DNA of 57,992 bases, taken from assembly GCA_012026655.1 (NCBI GenBank), contig JAAILG010002091.1, positions 1 through 57,992 on the forward strand, given 5' to 3'. This stretch comes from Hydrolagus affinis (taxonomy: Eukaryota). The notes beneath the pieces were generated by a model, which was given only the letters and a program-made list of their open reading frames with translations, did no database searches and was not told the origin of the DNA. Positions 50,591 through 57,992 of the stretch are shown piece by piece (the stretch's first letter is position 1; every line of letters starts with the position of its first letter). The translations under genes were made by a program, and so were the position numbers.

Positions 50591-53029
50591 TATATGGGAA
50601 CGCATTTTGTGTGCCAGTTCTTACGTACTTTCAACAGTTCCATGGATTATAGAAATCTGTATCTGCATCAAAAATACATTTTTTTGTGGGGAGAGGGGAA
50701 GAGTAGAATAGCCATGCATTATCTCCTCATAATGATGTTACGTCTGAGTGAAATACTGTAGTGACAGATTATAATGCCAATTACATTGTGTTATTATCTT
50801 TGCAAAGGAAGAAGAAAAGGCAACGATGAACAAAACAAGAATTGTGGTAACCAAATCTTAGTTCAGAAATAAACAAACTGTAATGATTTTGAGTAATGTT
50901 TAGGTGAGATACGTATAACAGAGGATGTGTTAAAATACTGCAGACAGGAGGTAAAGGGATAACACCTGATAGGTCAAAGGCCTGATGTATCACCTTTTCC
51001 TTTGTCAATTTTTTGAAGGAAGGCAGGAAACTGGCCTCTAAGTGAAGGCTATGTTTTTAAGTATTTTGCACAATTCTGAGCAACTTTAGATTTTAAAATG
51101 AAATAGTCTTAGGCTAAGACAAGAGGGAATGTACTTCTAAAGTCAAACAAAAGGGGCATTTTTGGGATTGACGATTTTTAAGAACTTTCAGAATTGTTGT
51201 TTCTTGACGAAGTGAAAACATCGTATGTGTTTCACATGCACCATTTAAGCCCATTTTCACTCTAGTATTCCACATGGATATGCTTCAAAACAATAACAAT
51301 CTCCCCTGAATATTGTCCAGGCTTTTCATCCATCTGGTGTTCACTGTTTCAATTTCCGTGTGTAAGAATTCCCAGTCAGTCCCTGAGCTGGAGACTCGAT
51401 TTGGGAATTTTGGTTTGACCTGAAAGCTAAAAGCGCAAGCTGATTAAGATTGTATGTTTGAAGCCCATACCATTGAAATATGCAGCTCCTTTTATGAGAA
51501 TCATTTCAATGAACTAATACTTTGCTCTGTTCATTTCTTTTGTTAACCAGAATTGTCATGATATTAACACAGTACGGATTGTGTCTGAAACAATGACTGT
51601 CACAGCACCTTGGGACGTCCTCCTGACGTGAAAGATGCTATACAAGTGTACTTTTATTGTTGTTGTTCCTATTTTTGTAGAATGTTAGAGTGGCCTATAA
51701 ACAGACCCTACAGGGACAAGGACATATGCATTGGAAGATAGGGAAGATTTGATAGTGGTCTTTAAAATGATCAGGTTTCCATTAGTCGGTGAGTCAATGG
51801 CTAGATGGCATCAATTTAAGATAATTATCAATGGAGCAAATAAAAATCTTTCCTTTTCGTATTGTGCCTCACATTGGGAGGATGTCTCAAAGTGCTTCAC
51901 AGGATTTACTGTAAACTGGAGGGCTGACAGCTGACATAGTATAAGATCACAAATTCTAAATATGCTAGAGAATCCCTGAGTAATCCAGGTCTGTATTCCA
52001 TGCCCCCAACAATCCATTTATTTTTATACAAGTGTCCCCTGTTATGTGCATGAATAAGGAGTGTATATTGGGGTATGCTTATTGTTTTATAGCCTATCCT
52101 CTGATCTCACAAATTTGAGTCATTATTAATCTTTAAAGGAATTGATTTTTCTGCTGGTGTGTAGTTACATGAAAGGCGCTTTAAAAAATCTAATTTTTTT
52201 GTTGTTGTTAGTGTAAAATCAAAATACAGTTCCACCTTCATGAGCATTGCTGTGCTGTTGTAGTGTAAACCAAAATCAATAGGTTATATAGCAGTAAACG
52301 TAACATATATTTAATACTTATGCTCCTCTGCACCTCTAGTTCCTGGACAGGATATCAGAAGAGGTTTGTTGCCTGAGAAATTGTTCTTCTCCCACCTCCA
52401 GTCTCGAGACTTTTTTTCTCTGTTGCAATTCTTTTTGCCTTTATCTTATTGATAGTGAGACAATCATTGCCCCTCTGAACTTGTTCCTCCGAAATTCAAA
52501 TAAACAGTTTACATACTGCCCCTCCTCCTCTTTGTATCCTTGCGTTGAAATTAAAACTAGTGGCAGCATCTCCTAATCCTTTTTAGGACATCAAGATTGT
52601 GAAACTCCTCAGTTCTCCCTCCACCACATTATCTTGTTTTACTCAAACTCTTTCAATGTTGGTGGTATCCTTCCCACACTGTCCCCTCACTTTGATTTCT
52701 GATTGTCTCTTACAATCATTGAATGTGATTTCTATGGGATATGAGCTTTACCAGCTATTGCATTAGGCTGTGATTGTGTATGTGTGTTAAATTAATAGAA
52801 GTGATCTGACAATAATAATCCAAATGATTCTCTCCATCCTAGCACTGCCATGTGATTAGTAAAGTGCAATTGATATTATTTCTACTCCACTATTGTTGGC
52901 CAAGCTTTTCAATCAATTCTTCTCCACTTTCTAGAACACTCTCCCTATATCATTCCACCTCACACATTCCCTATCTACTTTGAAATCCTGTAGAAAAAAA
53001 CAATTTATGTGGCAACAGAAATTTTCCCC

Positions 53030-53750
53030 TCTCGCAAATCAAAGAGCCCTTCACAAACTATGGTCACTAGGTATCAACAGCAAGCTTTGGTCATGGATGC
53101 AGAATTGGCTGAAGGGAAGGAACCAGAGGGTTTTTCTTAGTGGGGCTGGGTTAACTGGGGGGCAGTAAACTGAGTACAACAGTGGTCTATCCTGGGATAG
53201 ATTAATAATCTGGATTCTCAAACCCAGTGTAAAATAGAAAAAAAGTGCAGATCAAACCATATTGGAAGATACTGTGGATTCCAGGAAGCAACAAAGCCCA
53301 TTGTTTAAAGATAGTACAGAGGAGAACAATGGGCATGATCTCCAGTGTTAGGAAAATGAGCTTTGAACAACAATTAAACAATCTTGAGATCTTCAGTCTT
53401 GAGAGAAGATGACTCAGAGGAGACCTTGTAGAGCTGTATAACATTTAAAATTGGATTGAACAAGCAAACCCACATCAACACTTTGCGATGCACCAAAATA
53501 TTAGAATAATAGGACATAGATTTAGAGTTGTAAATGGCAATTTCAGGACACATACCAGGAAGTTTTTCTTTACTCAGAAGATTAATTAATGGCTGGAATC
53601 GGTTGCCAATCAGGGTGGTTGAGATCATGGCACTGGACTCAAAACACAGCTGAAGCTGCGTGATAGGGGGACAGTAAGGAGGGTGATCTGGAAGGGTGAG
53701 ATTGGATGAGCCAAAGGGCCTTCCTCATTTAAACCAATCTTGTGAACTTG
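53030..53750 (+). mobile_element. Decayed, internally deleted CR1 LINE
   Basis: Encodes LHKLWSLGINSKLWSWMQNWLKGRNQRV and LEIFSLERR.LRGDLVELY. 3' end ggatgagccaaagggccttcctc. Confidence 0.8.
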
Positions 53751-53949
53751 TGATTTACACTCCATTCTCCACCTCTGCCCCCCACCACCCACTCCATATG
53801 CACACAAATACATCCCCTCTACTGATAAAGCTCCCATTACATCTCTGTAAAGGGCTTTGAGATGTTCTCCTACATAAAAGCCAAATGCAAATTATATACA
53901 GTTATATTGAGCAAATTATTGTTGGGATGAAATTGCTAGTGTGTGGACA

Positions 53950-54420
53950 GCCTGGTGCAGTTGGTAGCACCTACACCTCTACGCCAGAAGATTGTGGGTT
54001 CAAATCTGCATGTCGGGACTGTGAATTAACATTATAGGCTGACGCTTTGGTGCAGAGCTGGGGGAGCGCTGCGCTGTTGATGGTCCCATCCTTCAGAGGA
54101 CACTTCTAACGGAGGTCCTGTCTGCGTGTTCAAGTGGACATTAAGGATACCATGGCATTACAACAACAACAAAATTACATTTGTGTGGCGCCTTTCATGT
54201 TGGGAGGATGTCCCAAGGCGCTGACCCTCAGAAAGAGAAGAGAGTTTCTTATGGTCAACAATTCCCCAAATAAAATTGCTTATTCACTTCATGACTGTTT
54301 TTGTGTGAGCAGTGTTGTGATGCAAATTGGCTGCCACTTTAACCTATTGGGTATGCAGTTCACTGCACTTTGCAGTGTATCCTGGAAAGCACTTTGAGAT
54401 GTCCTACTGGTGTAATAGAT
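53950..54420 (+). mobile_element. Deu-domain tRNA SINE interrupted by an antisense L2 tail (about 54160-54225)
   Basis: cagttggtagcac...gggttcaaatc head and Deu core. An internal (CAA)n plus reversed L2 tail splits the element. Confidence 0.78.
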
Positions 54421-55586
54421 GCTGCATACACATATTTTTATATATATCTAAGATAAGCATTATTATTATAAGAAATATTGATAACAATATATAAAATCAT
54501 GAGCTACACACAAATTATGCCTATCAACTGTGAGAGCACTTGTTTACAGAGGAAGTCGTGTGACTGGATTTTCCCAGCTGTTTATTTTCAGTACCCGGTT
54601 CAGTCAGACCAGTGTAAGAAGGCCTTTTATTAATCCCCAGAGCTCTGGGAGTGAAAGTAAGAAGAAGGTGGCAGGTGAAGAGCCTGTGATGTTATCACTG
54701 GCCTGTCAGGCAACAGTGGGACAAGCTGGATGAGGTGCAAAGAGCTGTTTGAGCACACAGCACGACCTCAAACCCGTTTACAGTTCAAGACCACTATCTC
54801 CTGCCCCTGGTTTAACATTTCTTCAGACATTAATCGCTGTCTGAACTCAAGGCAGCATTTGCTTGTTTCTGAGGGACTTGCGTTGTGAGGCATGATCACG
54901 TTGAAACTACCAGCCAAACAGATAACAGCAGCAGAATTCGACTAATGCTTTTATCAGCTGTTTGTGTTCAGCAAAGCCAGATGATGTTTAAGGGGCCACT
55001 CAATACTCTTGAGCACTAATGTGACAGAACTCTTTGATTCTGAATACAGCAGAAGTTAATCTCGGCAACTGTTTGTATAAACCTGTGTTACTGTCACTAT
55101 TGTTCACTTTTATCATCGTGTAACTTTTCCCAGAGATCAATCCTTTTGAGTGTCAGGATATATTTAAGCTTTGGGATCCTTTTGGGTTTGCTCTCGCTGC
55201 CCTTATTAACTCTTAGAGTACCGGCAGGTTGATAGATCTTCTTGTCTTGGTGTGGGAAGGGGTGCCATTTCTCTATATTGGTAGCTTACACACTGTGATA
55301 CTGGTAAACAGGCACCAAAATTTACTCAACATCAGGAATTATTTTAGCTCTGTAACATTAACAATAACTACTAAAATGAACATTGAAATAGATCCTAAAA
55401 TACTCAGTTTCCTGAATGGACTGGATAGATACCAAGCAATTATATGGAGTAAAAATTAGAACAAATTAGATAGAGTTCTGCTAGAAAATAATAAGATTCT
55501 ATGATACAGTATATAATTTGGACTCAACATGCCAAGCAACTGCCGGGATGGTAAAAGGCGAACTAAATGGTCCTTGGTCTTCTTTC

Positions 55587-55608
55587 TTAGGGTTAGAGTT
55601 AGGGTTAG
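55587..55608 (+). repeat. Short interstitial telomere-type repeat
   Basis: TTAGGG TTAGAG TTAGGG TTAG. Confidence 0.8.
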
Positions 55609-56159
55609 CAAATTATTATGTTCTTATGAGTATGCAATTACCCGAAGTTCTACTGACATTAGTTCCTAACTTTATTTAGAACAAACAAATAGTATATATG
55701 TATTATTTCAGGACTACGCCCCTCGTGAGCTAAAGTAAGCTTAGTATATCTCCACTTAGAAGTTGCCATAACTGCAAGTCATGTTGTGGTCACTCGGTCA
55801 ACTACTGAACCAATAAATATTGAGTACATACTAAAGTAAATTCTAAAATAAATGTTGAAGTGAATATTAAAATACATACAAAAATTAATGTTCAAATGAA
55901 TTTTAAACAAAAATAAAAGTTTAATTTCTTTATCTTTGCTTGACTTGCCTATTCTTTCCATTTATTAATTTGAATTTTAATTGACTTTTTGCACCCTACT
56001 CTTCCTCTGTTCTACAAACTCTCAGCTTGTTTTCTCTTTAAAATGTATTCACTGTATCATTATCCCATCTTCCATTTTCAAGGGAGAGAGAGAGCAATTT
56101 TTAAAAAAGATAGTTGTGTTATTGATTGAAGGTGGTTATTTATGTAACATTTAAGAGCG

Positions 56160-56550
56160 TCTAACTGTCCTTCCTCCCCCAAGTCTTCGCCATGACCGGT
56201 ACAGCCTTCCACCACCTCCGCAACATTGCCAGACTCTGCCACTACCTCACCCCACATGCTGCCGAAACACTCATCCACGCATTCATCACATCTAGGCTCG
56301 ACTACGGGAACTCTCTCCTCATCGGGCTTCCCAGCTCTTCCCTTCACAAGCTGCAGATTACTCAGAAATCTGCAGCTTGTGTACTCTCCCACTCTAGGCT
56401 CTGATCCTTTCCTCACTTTCAAGGCCATTCACAGCTTTGTCCATGCCTATCTTTCCAACCTGCTGTCTCCCTATCATTCTGCCCGTCCCCTCCATTCAGC
56501 GGGCTCTTGTCTGCTCCACATCCCCTGCCCAAATTGCCATACCATCGTGT
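56160..56550 (+). mobile_element. L2 LINE ORF2 fragment
   Basis: ORF AFHHLRNIARL...AAETLIHAFITSRLDYGNSLLIGLP...LQITQKSAA. Confidence 0.88.
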
Positions 56551-56654
56551 ACAAGTGACATCATTTGAACGTTTTGCCTATGCTGAATAGATAAATAATA
56601 TACAGTGTCTAAGTGACACGAGTGACAAATTTAAAGCACTCTTGATAATCCACA

Positions 56655-56900
56655 ACTGAAGGGAGTTTCTCCCAGTGTCTGGGAGTTTCTCCCAGTGTCT
56701 GGGAGTTTCTCCCAGTGTCATCCCCCAAATAAAATTGTCATTCACTTCACGGCTGTTTGTGGGACATTGTTGTGCAAAAATTGGCATCCCCTGACAAATA
56801 CAAACAAGCAGTTGACAAATACACAGTCACTACACTTCACAAAAGCCTTGTGAAGTGCTCTCAATGTTATAGGTGGTATATCAAATGAAAGTATCATAAT
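56655..56900 (+). mobile_element. 3' half of a Deu-domain SINE
   Basis: ggctgtttgtgggacattgttgtgcaaaaattggc...cagtcactacacttcac. Confidence 0.7.
56661..56718 (+). repeat. 20-bp tandem repeat, about 2.9 copies (GGGAGTTTCTCCCAGTGTCT)
   Basis: Directly visible perfect repeat inside the SINE. Confidence 0.95.
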
Positions 56901-57411
56901 ATTTCTTTTTAGCAATGAAATCCCTCGAATCCCTTGGTGAGAGTTAATTTTCTTGCCTGGTGCCATGCTACTCCGTTTATATTATTATGAGACAAGTGTG
57001 TTCTTTACCGATGAGGAATAACAAATGAGTTCTAAATGTTTCATAATGTTTGTTTCTGTTTAGCACAAAACAGAATTATTGGTGGTTTGGAATTTCCACA
57101 TCATGAGTTCCACATCATTTTACCAGGGCAAAAAGGCTCTTGGGGAAAGAATGTCCATTAACCTCCTTTTCACATTCCTGTTGGCAGCAGTGACTATCTA
57201 TCTATGGTATGATTTGTCATAGATATGACATATCTATGGTATGGTTTGTCCATTCCACTGAATGTGGCACAAGTGGCCACAAATCTGTCTCAAAGGCTAG
57301 GAGGTGGGGATCCAATGCAGTGTGGATTGAAGTAAGGTGTACTGGTTGTGTGTCCATTCACTGCAGTTAACTCCCTTGCAGTTTAGGTTGTCACTGCCAA
57401 TGTTCACTGAG

Positions 57412-57992
57412 GCAACAACAACAACAAATTACACTTATAAAGCGCCTTTCACGTCGGGTGGACGTCCCAAGGTGCTGCACAGGATGCGTGTGACCCGAGC
57501 TGGGAGGGAAGTGTACGGGAAGGGGTGAAACACGTAGGGGAGGTCGGAGAATTCGGGGTGGAACAAAAGGCACGGTCGAAGAGGAAAGTCTTCAAACCGG
57601 CCTTGAAAGAGGAAAGGGAAGAAACGAGACGGAGTGATTGGGGGATGGAATTCCATAGAGTCGGAGCAGAAAAATTGAAGTCCCGGTCTCCGATGGTGGG
57701 GCGGTTCGGGTGGGGAGCTTGGAGCAGGCCAAGTCCTGCTGAACGGAGGGTCCGGGTGGGCTTGTAGGGGGAGAGTAAATTGGTTAAATAGGGCGGGGCA
57801 AGGCCATTGAAGGCCTTGAAGGTGAGGACGAGGATCTTGAACTCGATCCTCTGGAGGATGGGGAGCCAGTGGAGACGGGCGAGGGTGGGGGTTATATGGT
57901 CGCGGAGGCGGGTGCGGGATAATGCACGGGCTGCAGAGTTTTGGATGACCTGCAGCCTGTGAATGGAGGAACTGGGGAGGCCGACGAGGAGA
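57412..57992 (-). mobile_element. L2-clade LINE 3' end, relatively young, runs off the window edge
   Basis: (CAA)n on + strand, which is a (TTG)n tail on the minus strand. The reverse strand encodes LQVIQNSAAR...LHWLPI..RIEFKILVLTFK. Many CpGs are retained. Confidence 0.92.

Noticed and set aside
56661-56718. CRISPR-like repeat array
   Set aside because: Head-to-tail repeats without spacers, no cas genes, and a vertebrate context.
25600-57992. A second protein-coding gene upstream of TBX20
   Set aside because: I found no recognisable non-transposon protein motifs or convincing exon chain. Very short exons could have been missed by eye.

Overview
This is eukaryotic vertebrate genomic DNA. 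The repeat families (L2 LINEs with (TTG)n tails, CR1 LINEs, Deu-domain tRNA-SINEs, LF-SINE-like and Penelope-like remnants) suggest a cartilaginous fish, possibly a chimaera (inference). The only host gene I can support is a complete 8-coding-exon TBX20 on the minus strand (ATG at 25009, TGA at 7611-7613). All 7 introns are GT-AG, the phases join into a 1320-nt ORF, and the protein is 439 aa with an N-terminal eh1 motif and a T-box. It has a CpG-rich promoter (CCAAT, CRE, NRF1 sites) and about 33 kb of upstream DNA with no recognisable host gene, plus a 150-N assembly gap. Nearly all other ORFs in the track are LINE fragments, antisense shadows of exons or chance ORFs. I found no evidence of a wholly new gene system. 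The most interesting unexplained structure is: (1) a 78-bp-arm palindromic element in intron 4 carrying a minimal hammerhead-ribozyme core, with a second copy at 46.2 kb; (2) a cluster of 11 WGATAR sites in about 530 bp, 13 kb upstream; (3) enhancer-like blocks with T-box/NKX, Phox2-type, EBF and FOX/ETS motifs; (4) an in-frame alternative splice donor after exon 6; (5) several DNA-repair or insertion scars. Repeat-family names and human comparisons are from memory, not database searches.
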